A stretch of 49,788 nucleotides of DNA from Bacteroidota bacterium (GTDB lineage: Bacteria > Bacteroidota > Ignavibacteria > UBA10030 > JAZGDE01), in contig JAZGDE010000001.1 of assembly GCA_036477295.1 (NCBI GenBank), forward strand, positions 1 to 49,788, written 5' to 3'. The translations under genes were made by a program, and so were the position numbers. The notes beneath the pieces are model-generated. The model was not told where the DNA came from, made no database searches, and saw nothing but the letters and a program-made list of their open reading frames with translations. This document shows, one piece after another, positions 1-11,686 of this stretch; the first letter of the stretch is position 1; every line of letters starts with the position of its first letter.

Positions 1-1
1 G

Positions 2-331
2 TTGGAGCGGCTGCGAAAGACTCGACCGCGTTCTGGTCTGGCCTCCTTCTTGCTAGGCCGAGTTCTCCATCACCAGGGTGAATTCAATCGGTCGCAGGAG
101 GTCTTGACTCAGAACTCCGAATCACTCTCTCATCCATTCCTCAAGTATCTGTCCGCGTACACACAAGGTCTGAACCTCTACTACCTCGGACAATTTCAAC
201 CAGCGAAGATACTTTTCTGGAACTCTCTCAACTTCAGACGTTCGATGTATTATCAGAGCACAGTGGACGACTGGATTGAGCGGTGTGACTGGATGTCCGA
301 GTTCGGCGGAAGGTATCTTGACTCTCAATAG
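2..331 (+). CDS. TPR-like helical repeat protein, C-terminal part (truncated by window edge)
   Basis: Open frame from the window start, with TPR-like segments FLLGRVLHHQGEFNRSQEVL and YTQGLNLYYLGQFQPAKILF; stop TAG at 329-331. Confidence 0.6.
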   Translation: MERLRKTRPRSGLASFLLGRVLHHQGEFNRSQEVLTQNSESLSHPFLKYLSAYTQGLNLYYLGQFQPAKILFWNSLNFRRSMYYQSTVDDWIERCDWMSEFGGRYLDSQ

Positions 332-384
332 GGTGTTCAGTATTTTATTTTTTTGAACTATCATATTTTCTGCGTGATACGAAC

Positions 385-1428
385 GTGCACTCTCGTTTTC
401 AGCGCGTATTGCTGACGCGCCTTCGGCTCATCGGCGACATCGTACTGACGACGCCAATCATCAAGTCGATTCGCGATGCACTACCCGATGCCTACATAGC
501 CTACCTTGGGGAACTCCCTGGGGTAACGCTCCTTGAAGGCAACCCGTATCTGAACGAAATCTTTGCGTACAATCCGAATTCCAGTTTCTCCAAGCGCCTG
601 TTTGTGTACCCGCGGCTGCGGAAGCGCGGTTTTGACCTCGCGATTGACCTCTTCAGCAACCCTCGGAGCGCCCTCCTAATCTACGCGACAGGGGCCCGAG
701 TGCGCATCGGCGCAGGAGAAAGGCCGCGCAGCCGATTGTACACCCATCGGGTCGTTGACGACGGGAGGCCGAAAAGTGCGATCGACTTTCACGCACAGTA
801 CCTGCAGGCGGTAGGGCTGCCGCTGACCTCTCGTCAAACGAAAATTTTCTTGTCGGAGGAGGAACGGCGCGAGGCACGGATCTACTTGCACTGGCAGGGG
901 ATTGACTTCGACCGGCCGATCGTCGGGTTATATCCAGGGGCCTCCTGGCCTGCCAAGATGTGGCACAAAGAGCGGTTCGCGGAACTGGCAGATCTTTTGA
1001 TCGCGAAACTTGGAGCGCAGGTTGTATTTACGATGGGTCCGAGCGATCGGCAATTGATTGAGGAAATCTCTGCTCGATGCGTCGGATCCATCAAAGTGCT
1101 TGACGTCCTCCCGCTGCGGCAGCTGGCGGCTGTCCTCTCCTTCTTTCATGTGTATGTTGCGAACGACTCAGGTCCGATGCATATGGCGGTTGCGGTTGGA
1201 ACAAGGACGATTGGGATCTTCGGTCCTGGAGAAGAGGAGATCTGGTTCCCGTACAATCGCGAAGATGGTCACCTCGCTCTCCGAAAGGATGTCTGGTGTC
1301 ATCCCTGTCATCTGGATTTTTGCGACAAGGAAGGCGAGGGATATATGAAATGCATGAAGTTGCTCGAGACCAAAGAGGTGTTCGACGCTGTCCGAGAGAG
1401 GGTTGAATCCTCGACCGTGAGCAGATAG
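385..1428 (+). CDS. Glycosyltransferase family 9 (ADP-heptose:LPS heptosyltransferase-like)
   Basis: GT9 motifs RLRLIGDIVLTTP, FDLAIDL, PGASWPAKMW, NDSGPMHMAVAVG and GIFGP; C-terminal CHPC...C...CM. Confidence 0.9.
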   Translation: MHSRFQRVLLTRLRLIGDIVLTTPIIKSIRDALPDAYIAYLGELPGVTLLEGNPYLNEIFAYNPNSSFSKRLFVYPRLRKRGFDLAIDLFSNPRSALLIYATGARVRIGAGERPRSRLYTHRVVDDGRPKSAIDFHAQYLQAVGLPLTSRQTKIFLSEEERREARIYLHWQGIDFDRPIVGLYPGASWPAKMWHKERFAELADLLIAKLGAQVVFTMGPSDRQLIEEISARCVGSIKVLDVLPLRQLAAVLSFFHVYVANDSGPMHMAVAVGTRTIGIFGPGEEEIWFPYNREDGHLALRKDVWCHPCHLDFCDKEGEGYMKCMKLLETKEVFDAVRERVESSTVSR

Positions 1429-1579
1429 GGAGGGTTGCTTATCAGCGCGTAGTTTGAGCCACCAATGCCGCCGCGCTGCCAGCTCAAACGGAAAAAACAT
1501 CCTTGAGCAGACGATGTGCACTGGACAATACGGCTACTTCACATGAGATATACTCGAAAACCTCCAGGAGGAAAAAAGC

Positions 1580-3569
<1,990 letters not shown>

Positions 3570-3603
3570 TGCAGACTGGAGCGGTGGGGCGACCTCATTC
3601 CTT

Positions 3604-4998
3604 ATGACGATTAAATTCGGCACAGACGGTTGGCGCGGTGTTATCGCGGACGACTTCACGTTTGAAAACGTGGGCAAAGTCGCCCTTGCGACGGCGAGAT
3701 ACTTTGAAGGCCATCAAAACGCTTCCAACGGCGTTATCATTGGCTACGATTCACGATTTCTTTCGAAGGAATTCGCAGAGTGGTCGGCTAAGGTCATCGG
3801 CAGTGCTGGGATGAAGGTTCGTCTAGCGAAAACGATTGTTTCGACTCCTGCAGTCTCTCTGGCTGTCAAGAATCTGAGCGCGGCGGGAGGAATCGTCATC
3901 ACTGCTAGCCATAATCCCTCAAAGTACAACGGCTTTAAAATAAAGGGCTCGTATGGCGGACCTGCGCATCCGGAAATGGTATCGCGTGTGGAGGAACTCC
4001 TTGCAATGATTCTAAAGGAGAGTGGCACAGTCAGGTTACAGCCTCTCGTCGATCTCGAAAAGAACGGGGTAGTGGAAGTTGTTGACCTGAAGAAAGACTA
4101 TATCGCTGACCTGAGGCAGAAACTCGACCTCCGTCTCATCCAACAGTCGGGGCTCAAGATCATCTACGACGTGATGCACGGTGCCGGTTTGAACACAATG
4201 GATCATCTGCTTCCCCACGTACAGCAGATCCGGATGACCTACAATCCGTCCTTCGGTGGGTCAAATCCCGAGCCGATTGAACACAATTTGCAGGAGCTGA
4301 TCCAATCTGTCCGATCCGGAATGTATGACATTGGCATCGCGACGGATGGTGATGCCGATCGAATCGGTGCCGTTGATGAGAAAGGTAATTTTGTGGATTC
4401 CCATCGCATCTTTGCACTGCTCCTCAAATATTTCGTCGAGGTGAAGAAATGGACGGGGGAGGTTGTCAAATCCATTTCAGTGACGGAGATGGTGAATAAG
4501 CAGTGCGCGAAGTACGGACTGAAACTACACGAGACACCCGTTGGCTTCAAGCACATCTGTCGACTGATGACGGAGCGCGAAGTCCTGATCGGCGGTGAAG
4601 AGAGTGGAGGTCTAGGGGTGAAGGGGCATATTCCAGAGCGGGACGGAATCTACGTGGGACTTCTTCTCTGTGAAATCATGGCGGTTCGAAAGATGAAGTT
4701 GAGTGGGTTAGTTCAGGAATTGATGGATGAACTGGGTGAACATCACTTCAAACGGGTCGACTGGCACATCACTCCGCAACAGAAGGAACAGATTATCAGT
4801 CGATTCAAGAAAGGAACTGGTTCGATCGGCGGCTACAAGGTGACCCGAGTAGACACGATCGACGGTTTCAAGTACTTCGTCGATAACGGATGGTTGCTCG
4901 TTCGCGCGTCGGGCACAGAACCGCTGATCCGCTTCTATGCAGAGGCTGATAGCCCACTGAAGGTTGAACAACTTCTCAAGGGCTCAACCGAGGTGTGA
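3604..4998 (+). CDS. Phosphoglucomutase/phosphomannomutase family protein
   Basis: IKFGTDGWRG, ITASHNP (phospho-Ser), DGDADR, GEESGG and RASGTEP motifs. Confidence 0.95.
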   Translation: MTIKFGTDGWRGVIADDFTFENVGKVALATARYFEGHQNASNGVIIGYDSRFLSKEFAEWSAKVIGSAGMKVRLAKTIVSTPAVSLAVKNLSAAGGIVITASHNPSKYNGFKIKGSYGGPAHPEMVSRVEELLAMILKESGTVRLQPLVDLEKNGVVEVVDLKKDYIADLRQKLDLRLIQQSGLKIIYDVMHGAGLNTMDHLLPHVQQIRMTYNPSFGGSNPEPIEHNLQELIQSVRSGMYDIGIATDGDADRIGAVDEKGNFVDSHRIFALLLKYFVEVKKWTGEVVKSISVTEMVNKQCAKYGLKLHETPVGFKHICRLMTEREVLIGGEESGGLGVKGHIPERDGIYVGLLLCEIMAVRKMKLSGLVQELMDELGEHHFKRVDWHITPQQKEQIISRFKKGTGSIGGYKVTRVDTIDGFKYFVDNGWLLVRASGTEPLIRFYAEADSPLKVEQLLKGSTEV

Positions 4999-5114
4999 TG
5001 GAAGTTCCAGTATTGACGTAACTCCTTGAAAATCCTACCGTACATAGCTATCCTGTCAAGCGAGTTGAAAGCGCTTGAGCACCGCTCATTTCCTACCTTC
5101 AAAGGCCCCTGAAA

Positions 5115-5143
5115 TTGCAATTGTCCTGTCGCTTGTGTATAAT
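5115..5143 (+). promoter_or_regulatory. Sigma70-type promoter for the DUF4921 gene
   Basis: TTGCAA-17 nt-TATAAT, with TG immediately upstream of the -10 box. Confidence 0.65.
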
Positions 5144-5200
5144 GGGATGCCTTTTTAGGTGGTATGTGGCACAATGATGACGGGAGCTACTGCATTTCGT

Positions 5201-6517
5201 ATGCACGACAACGTCTACTATAACATCATGCCAGATGGAACGGTGAAGCAGGTGAATCCCTTCACCGGGACCGAGGTCTGGGCGGTACCGGGTCGAGGCA
5301 TTAAGCCGATTGCCAACGGTGGACATACGATTGCGAAGCCACTGGAGAGGAAAGAAAAAGAAGACTACTGCAGTTTCTGTGAGGCACGTTATTATGAAAC
5401 ACCCCCGGAGAAATCCCGATTGGTGAAACGCGACGGACGGTATGAACAGCTCGACTGCGTTCCTCCCGATCGGTATTTCGAGACGGTTGCGGAGTTTCGT
5501 CGCGTCACGAATTTGTTCGAAATCGTGACGATCGATTATTGGCGCAAGAACTACGGTTACAAAATGAGGCCGGCGAAGGTACGGTGGAAGGAAGAATACC
5601 TTGCGAATCCTGCTGGACTGAAGCATATCATCGACGTGCTCAACTATAAAATGAGGCAGCAGGGCAAGAGCGAGAATGAAATCGAGAAACTTTCCATCGA
5701 AGAGAAGGTCGCGATGGCGGACGCCTTTTTCGGCGGTGGCCACGAGTTGATCAGTGCGCGCCTCCATTACAAACCTGATGCTCAATGGGACTCAGAGCTG
5801 TATTCGTCAGGCGAGATGACCCTTGAAGAACACTACCAGTACTTCAAGCTCACGATCGATGCGATGCGGGACATCCTGGAAAACAACAAGTACGTTCGCT
5901 ACATCAGCGTGTTCCAGAACTGGCTGAGACCCGCCGGAGCCTCCTTTGACCATCTCCATAAGCAGTTGGTTGCTTTAGACGAATGGGGGTCATCGATTGA
6001 ACAGCAGATTCGCATGTTGCAGGATGATCCAAACGCTTTTAATGATCATGGCGCCAACTTCGCGGCTTACCACAATCTGGTTTTCGCTGAGAACGAACAG
6101 GCAGTCGCATTCGTTGGAATCGGTCACCGCTTTCCGACGATCGAGATCTACTCTCGCTCTCAAGCAGGGCGTCCCTACGAGCACACGGAGGAAGAAATTC
6201 GTGGTATCAGCGACCTCGTCCATGCATGTCACGCCGCAATGGGCAGCCAGATTTCCTGCAACGAAGAATGGTACTACACTCCTGTCGACGCCGTCTACAA
6301 AATGCCGTGGCACATGCTGATTAAGTGGCGCATCAATGTGCCAGCAGGCTTTGAGGGTGGGACGAACATTTTCACCAATCCACTCACGCCTGTGGAGTTG
6401 CGCGATAAGCTGGTCCCACGACTGTATGAGCTGCGCGATCGGGGTACAGTGTGTGGAACCCGCATTGCAGAGGAGTGTCGGACTTCCCCGAACCCTCTCA
6501 AGTATTATCTTAAGTAA
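5201..6517 (+). CDS. DUF4921 family protein (GalT/HIT-like)
   Basis: N-terminus MPDGTVKQVNPFTGTEVWAVPGR recognised as DUF4921-like; CSFC; NWLRPAGASFDHLHKQ resembles the GalT HxHxQ motif. Confidence 0.75.
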   Translation: MHDNVYYNIMPDGTVKQVNPFTGTEVWAVPGRGIKPIANGGHTIAKPLERKEKEDYCSFCEARYYETPPEKSRLVKRDGRYEQLDCVPPDRYFETVAEFRRVTNLFEIVTIDYWRKNYGYKMRPAKVRWKEEYLANPAGLKHIIDVLNYKMRQQGKSENEIEKLSIEEKVAMADAFFGGGHELISARLHYKPDAQWDSELYSSGEMTLEEHYQYFKLTIDAMRDILENNKYVRYISVFQNWLRPAGASFDHLHKQLVALDEWGSSIEQQIRMLQDDPNAFNDHGANFAAYHNLVFAENEQAVAFVGIGHRFPTIEIYSRSQAGRPYEHTEEEIRGISDLVHACHAAMGSQISCNEEWYYTPVDAVYKMPWHMLIKWRINVPAGFEGGTNIFTNPLTPVELRDKLVPRLYELRDRGTVCGTRIAEECRTSPNPLKYYLK

Positions 6518-6603
6518 ACTGCACGGTCAAGAGACAGCACGGAGCAAGCCGTTGGTTCCCTGTGGGAAAATTGCTTGAAGGGACCGACGGCTGTTTTGTT
6601 CTT

Positions 6604-8022
6604 ATGGCAATGCTGCAAACGGGTTCAGAAATAGAACTGGAGGTTCAGACGACCGCCGAAAAAGGACGAGGGGTCGCGAAGGTGGATGGCTTTGTAGTGT
6701 TCGTGAGGAATGCAATTCCTGGCGACCGGGTGCTAGCGCGGATCGTCAAGTCGAGGCGGAATTTTGCAGAAGCGGTATCAGTCAAGCTTCTGGTCCCTTC
6801 CCCTCAACGCGTGGAGCCGCGGTGCCGCTATTTCGGCGTATGCGGTGGATGCGAGTGGCAGAACCTCTCCTACGAAGCACAGCTGAAGTTGAAACAACAT
6901 CGGGTGGAAGATGTTTTCAACCACATCGGGGGCTTCAAGAATTTGGAGGTGAAGCCCACCCTGGGCTCCGGAGACATTTATTTCTATCGAAACAAGATGG
7001 AGTTTTCTTTTTCGCATCGACGATGGTTGACGGCCGAAGAGATCGCCACTGGAGAAGAACTGCGAAGGGGGTTTGCGTTAGGTCTGCACGTCGCCAATCG
7101 GTACGATAAGGTGATCGATATTCACGAGTGCTGGCTTCAATCTGAGCTGAGCAATCGAATTGTCAACGCAGTTCGGGATTGGGCACTGGCTCACAGCGTT
7201 CCCGTCTATCAACCGGATCGGGAGGAGGGATACCTTCGATTTCTTGTCGTCCGGCAGAGTACGGCCACTTCTGAGGTGATGGTAAACCTCGTCACCTACG
7301 AGGATCGGCCAGAGGTTGCACAATCCCTCTGCGATGAGCTCGGACGGAAGGTCGATCGGGTCACTACATTCGTTAACACAGTTAACAGACGGAAAGCGCA
7401 GATCGCGTACGGAGATTTTCAGAGGATTCACCTCGGCACAGGGACAATCAGTGAGCGTCTCAGCGATTTCAGTTTTCGCATCTCTGCCAATTCTTTTTTT
7501 CAGACGAACACGTGTCAGGCAGAACAGCTCTGTTCGATCGTTCGAGAGTTCGGCGAGCTTCAGCGGAATGATGTCGTGTACGACCTCTACTCCGGAGCGG
7601 GAACTCTTTCCATCTTCATCTCCGCGGCTGTCTCGAAGATCGTCGGGATCGAAGTGCTGGCTACTGCTGTGGAAGACGCTCGCTGGAACGCTGACTTGAA
7701 CGGAATCACCAATTGTGTGTTTGTCAAGGGTGATGTGAAGGAAACCTTCGTGGAAGACAGGTCGCTGAGAGACGAACAGGGCGAGCCTTCTGTCCTCATC
7801 CTTGATCCACCGCGGAGCGGGATACATCCAAAACTCGCGCAGGATCTTGCGCGGACGGGACCCAGACGCATCGTATATGTCGGCTGCAACCCCTCAACCC
7901 AAGCGCGAGACCTCAAGGTGCTCTGTGAAGGCGGATATTCGATCGATATCCTCCAGCCAGTGGACATGTTCCCCCACACCGACCACATCGAGAGTATTGC
8001 TCGTCTTACCAGGTCAAGTTGA
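6604..8022 (+). CDS. rlmD: 23S rRNA (uracil-C5)-methyltransferase RlmD/RumA
   Basis: N-terminal TRAM domain; CRYFGVCGGC Fe-S motif; YRNKMEFSF, SFFQTN, DLYSGAG, DPPRSG, CNPST and DMFPHT motifs. Confidence 0.92.
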   Translation: MAMLQTGSEIELEVQTTAEKGRGVAKVDGFVVFVRNAIPGDRVLARIVKSRRNFAEAVSVKLLVPSPQRVEPRCRYFGVCGGCEWQNLSYEAQLKLKQHRVEDVFNHIGGFKNLEVKPTLGSGDIYFYRNKMEFSFSHRRWLTAEEIATGEELRRGFALGLHVANRYDKVIDIHECWLQSELSNRIVNAVRDWALAHSVPVYQPDREEGYLRFLVVRQSTATSEVMVNLVTYEDRPEVAQSLCDELGRKVDRVTTFVNTVNRRKAQIAYGDFQRIHLGTGTISERLSDFSFRISANSFFQTNTCQAEQLCSIVREFGELQRNDVVYDLYSGAGTLSIFISAAVSKIVGIEVLATAVEDARWNADLNGITNCVFVKGDVKETFVEDRSLRDEQGEPSVLILDPPRSGIHPKLAQDLARTGPRRIVYVGCNPSTQARDLKVLCEGGYSIDILQPVDMFPHTDHIESIARLTRSS

Positions 8023-8742
8023 TTCCTTGATGCCGTGGTAGAGCGTGCAGGTGCCCAAGGTGAGAGGTCGATACCACACATCACGGAAACCAGCGGTACA
8101 CATGAGAGCAGCGAATGAATCATGGGCGGGAAATGTGGAGACCGAGTCGGGGAGATATCGATAGGCGTAAGGGCTTCCTGAGATGAGTCTTCCCAGAATC
8201 GGTACGACATGTTCGAAGTATACCGTGAAGAATTTCTTGAAAACTCTATTCCGTGGTTGTGTCAACTCCAATGCGACGAAGGGTGCCCCTGGTTTCAGTA
8301 CGCGATGGATCTCGTTCAATCCTGTCTGGATATCCGAGAAATTTCGGACACCAAATGCGACCATTGCACCGTGAAATGAACGGTCCTTCATTGGTAACGC
8401 CTCCGCAGTACCACATACCAGCTCCAGAAAATTCAATGCTCGGCGTTTGATCGATTTCTCGAAGCAACGCTTCAGCATTCGTTCTGCTGGGTCAATTCCC
8501 ACTATGGCCTTTGGGTTCAGTTTGAACGCAGCGAACGCGAGATCCCCAGTTCCGATCGCGATGTCGAGAATTGTGGCACCGGGTTGCAGTTTGAGTTCTC
8601 CGACGGCACGCCTCCGCCAGTAGAAGTCCAAACCGAAGCTCAGGAGATGGTTCAGGAGGTCGTAGCGAGGTGCGATTTCATCAAACATCCTTTGCACGTC
8701 GACAGACCTTGATGAACATTCGCTATGGACGGGGGAAGTCAT
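8014..8742 (-). CDS. ubiE: Demethylmenaquinone/ubiquinone methyltransferase UbiE/MenG
   Basis: MFDEIAPRYDLLNHLLSFG, LDIAIGTGD, VAFGVRNF, RVLKPG and AYRYLPDSV motifs. Start at 8742 chosen because a promoter-like element lies at 8766-8794. Confidence 0.92.
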   Translation of the reverse strand: MTSPVHSECSSRSVDVQRMFDEIAPRYDLLNHLLSFGLDFYWRRRAVGELKLQPGATILDIAIGTGDLAFAAFKLNPKAIVGIDPAERMLKRCFEKSIKRRALNFLELVCGTAEALPMKDRSFHGAMVAFGVRNFSDIQTGLNEIHRVLKPGAPFVALELTQPRNRVFKKFFTVYFEHVVPILGRLISGSPYAYRYLPDSVSTFPAHDSFAALMCTAGFRDVWYRPLTLGTCTLYHGIKEST

Positions 8743-8765
8743 CGATTCGACCAAGAAATGGTTAA

Positions 8766-8794
8766 AATATACCAATTTCTCGCAGATCAGTCAA
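8766..8794 (-). promoter_or_regulatory. Sigma70-type promoter for ubiE
   Basis: Minus strand TTGACT-17 nt-TATATT. Confidence 0.6.
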
Positions 8795-8814
8795 CAAAGA
8801 GCCCTCAAGAGTCC

Positions 8815-8843
8815 TTGCCGTTGATCGAGAAAGTTCATATATT
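8815..8843 (+). promoter_or_regulatory. Sigma70-type promoter for DUF5916 gene 1 (divergent from ubiE)
   Basis: TTGCCG-17 nt-TATATT. Confidence 0.5.
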
Positions 8844-8890
8844 TTCCAAAGTATTTTGCGGATCGGGCACTCTACGAGTAAGGGCATTGC

Positions 8891-11380
8891 ATGAGGAAAC
8901 CCATCTCACTGATTGCTTGCTATTGCTGCCTCCTCGGTCTTGCCGCGTTCTCGGGATTCGCGGGAACTTCTCCAAAAGAGGTTCGAGCGGTAAGGATCAG
9001 CCGCCCACCACACATCGACGGTCTTCTGAACGATCGAGAATGGGAAGTTGCAGTTCCCGTCTCCGACTTCACCCAATACGACCCTGAGGAGGGATCTCCG
9101 CCCACAGAGATCACTGAAGTTCGTGTTCTCTATGACGAGGGTGCCGTCTATTTTGGTTTTCATCTGTACGACTCTGAACCCGACCGTATCGTTGCCCAGC
9201 TGACCCGACGGGACCGCAGCGTCGAATCTGACCGAATCACCATCCAAATTGATTCCTACCACGACCATCAGACAGCCTTCGTCTTCGTGTTGTATGCCTC
9301 CGGTGTCCAGCGTGACGGGCTTTTGCTTCAGGATGGGGTCCGATTTGACGAACAATGGGATGCGGTCTGGGAATCAGCAGTACAGATTACGGACATCGGC
9401 TGGATTGCAGAAATCAGGATTCCGTTCAGCGCAGTGCGGTTTCCTAAACAACCGTCTCAGGAATGGGGAATCAACTTCAGGAGGTATATCAGCAGGAAGC
9501 GGGAGACGGACGAGTGGGTGGTGGTACCCCGGCGGGAAGCCGCCTACGCGGGTTACATCTCAAAGTCTGGCCACATCGTTGGCATCGAGAACATCGATTT
9601 CCCCAAGAACTCGCACTTTCTCCCCTACGTTGTCTCGAAAAGCCAAGACCTGAACATCCCTCCCGGAACGGGCGAGCAGGAGTTTGGCGGAAACCTTGGT
9701 GTTGAATTCAATGGCGATCTTGGAAGAAATTTCACGGTGAATCTATCTGTGAACCCTGATTTCGGACAGGTGGAGGTAGATGAGGCCGTCTTAAACCTCA
9801 CAGCCTTTGAGACCTTCTATCCTGAAAAGCGTCCGTTCTTCCTCGAGGGACTGCAGTTCTTCGAATTTGGAAGTGCGTTCGACGCACATCGACATCAGCT
9901 ATTTTATTCGCGGCGGATTGGACGTCGACCCTCCGGGTTATTTTTTCTCTCACCGGGGGCCCGGCTGATCGAGGCACCGCCGATGTTCTCGACGATCTTG
10001 GGTGCCGCTAAGCTCACAGGACGTACACAAGCGGGATGGTCCGTGGGGGCACTCAGTGCTCTGACGGATGAGGAACATGTTACAGTGGTGGATTCTTCCG
10101 GACGGAGGTCCAAACAGGTTGTTGAACCGTTTGCAAGCTACAGCATCATGCGACTCAAGAAAGACTTCTGGCAAAACTCATTTTTCGGACTGATGGCTAC
10201 GTCTCTCTCGCGAGAGCATCGCCTCCCTGTCTTCTCGGGCGGTGTCGACTGGAATCTTCGGTTTGCGGAGAATAACTACGCCATCGATGGCTACATCGCG
10301 GGCGTTCGCTCGACAGGTGAACTAGGTGTGCGGGGGGACGGATCCTCAGGCCGTCTTTTGGCTGGCAAGATTGCTGGAGAACACTGGTTGTATCAAGCAA
10401 CCTACGGCTATGCGACGCGGCGGTACCACATCAACGATGTTGGATTTATCCGTCGCGCGAGTGAACACGGCGGGTACGTGCAAGCGCTCTACAAGGAGGA
10501 CAAATCATCTTGGCCGTTTCTTCGCTACCTCTTCCGTGCGGCGGTGGAGGGGTTCTGGAACATGGACGGTGACAGAATAATTCAAGCCGCTGAGATCAAT
10601 CCGTACTTCGAATTTAGGAACTTTTGGATTCTGAATCTGTCATACCAGTTTGACTGGAGCGTCTTCGACGACTTCGAGACACGTGGAAACGGTCTGTACA
10701 GGCGGCAGGCCTTCCATTCCGTTCGGGCCAGGCTGCAAACTGACTTTCGGAAACCAGCTGCATTCGTCCTTTCTGTGCGCGGTGTTTACGGTGCCAAAGA
10801 TCTTCATCGCCGAGAGTTCAGTCTGAGCGGAAAGATTCGTGCGACTTCGTGGATGGAATTCGAGCCCCGTGCATCGTTCGCCTTCAGCAGGGATGACGAA
10901 GCATGGGTAATCCCGGCTGGTGGAGGCACGAACAACTTTGTTGATCCGCAGGTATCGCCTTTACCGATCAGCATTTTCGGTGACCGCGACACAGACGAAT
11001 ATGATCTCTCACTGCGGGGAACCGTCACGTTCACCAAGGACCTCAGCCTTCAAATGTTTCTTCAAGTTTTCCTCGCGCGCGGTCATTACGATGATGATAA
11101 CTTTCGTCGGCTGGTCGATCCGAGGACGTTCGCAGCATATGATTACAAGGCTTCCTCGTATTTTGGCAATCCGGACTTCAACACAAAGACTGTCAACGCA
11201 AACATCGTTCTCCGTTGGGAATACCTTCCCGGGAGCACGCTGTTCGTCGTGTGGACTCATCAGCGCTTCGGTGACGACGGCGATTTTTATACGAGCTTTG
11301 GTAAGGATTTGTACCGTGCGTTCAAGCAACCGATGGACAATCTGTTCCTCCTCAAAGTAAGCTACTGGTGGAGCCTGTAG
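8891..11380 (+). CDS. DUF5916 / CBM9-like domain protein, predicted outer-membrane beta-barrel (paralog 1)
   Basis: Signal peptide; IDGLLNDREW...FTQYDP...TEVRVLYD N-terminal domain; NPDFGQVEVD, FYPEKRPFFLEG, LFYSRRIGR and RWEYLPGS motifs; aromatic C-terminus SYWWSL. Confidence 0.82.
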   Translation: MRKPISLIACYCCLLGLAAFSGFAGTSPKEVRAVRISRPPHIDGLLNDREWEVAVPVSDFTQYDPEEGSPPTEITEVRVLYDEGAVYFGFHLYDSEPDRIVAQLTRRDRSVESDRITIQIDSYHDHQTAFVFVLYASGVQRDGLLLQDGVRFDEQWDAVWESAVQITDIGWIAEIRIPFSAVRFPKQPSQEWGINFRRYISRKRETDEWVVVPRREAAYAGYISKSGHIVGIENIDFPKNSHFLPYVVSKSQDLNIPPGTGEQEFGGNLGVEFNGDLGRNFTVNLSVNPDFGQVEVDEAVLNLTAFETFYPEKRPFFLEGLQFFEFGSAFDAHRHQLFYSRRIGRRPSGLFFLSPGARLIEAPPMFSTILGAAKLTGRTQAGWSVGALSALTDEEHVTVVDSSGRRSKQVVEPFASYSIMRLKKDFWQNSFFGLMATSLSREHRLPVFSGGVDWNLRFAENNYAIDGYIAGVRSTGELGVRGDGSSGRLLAGKIAGEHWLYQATYGYATRRYHINDVGFIRRASEHGGYVQALYKEDKSSWPFLRYLFRAAVEGFWNMDGDRIIQAAEINPYFEFRNFWILNLSYQFDWSVFDDFETRGNGLYRRQAFHSVRARLQTDFRKPAAFVLSVRGVYGAKDLHRREFSLSGKIRATSWMEFEPRASFAFSRDDEAWVIPAGGGTNNFVDPQVSPLPISIFGDRDTDEYDLSLRGTVTFTKDLSLQMFLQVFLARGHYDDDNFRRLVDPRTFAAYDYKASSYFGNPDFNTKTVNANIVLRWEYLPGSTLFVVWTHQRFGDDGDFYTSFGKDLYRAFKQPMDNLFLLKVSYWWSL

Positions 11381-11459
11381 AACCCTCGCCATCGACCATT
11401 CGCGTTCCGACCTCGAAGTGACTTGCACCATAAATGATTATTCCACACTGTGAAACATT

Positions 11460-11578
11460 CGAAACTCTCGAGCCATCGTTCCGTAAGACTTGAGCTAGAT
11501 TCTGCATATCTCCCTCCTTCATCTGTGCGTGAATCGGCGAGAATCCCCTTGGATAATACTTAGGGGGATTCTGTTTTT
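11460..11578 (+). ncRNA. Candidate small RNA: three hairpins, CU-rich anti-SD loop, intrinsic terminator
   Basis: CTCGAG/CTTGAG stem; GATTCTGCATA...TGTGCGTGAATC stem with loop TCTCCCTCCTTC; AGAATCCCCT/AGGGGGATTCT stem followed by a T-run. Confidence 0.35.
11540..11578 (+). terminator. Rho-independent terminator
   Basis: AGAATCCCCT...AGGGGGATTCT hairpin followed by GTTTTT. Confidence 0.7.
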
Positions 11579-11597
11579 CGCGAATCAGAGCAGTAGC

Positions 11598-11626
11598 TTG
11601 ACAAGGGGTGGGGGAATCGCTATATT
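11598..11626 (+). promoter_or_regulatory. Sigma70-type promoter for the redoxin gene
   Basis: TTGACA-17 nt-TATATT, near consensus. Confidence 0.7.
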
Positions 11627-11686
11627 CGCTTCATTCCTGCGCTTATCATCCTGCTTATTGCTAACCCACGCTGAACGGAGGCCGCC

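Noticed and set aside
5032-5059. Minus-strand TTGACA-16 nt-TAGGAT promoter-like motif pointing into the PGM gene
   Set aside because: No gene or terminator downstream on that strand; could be chance.
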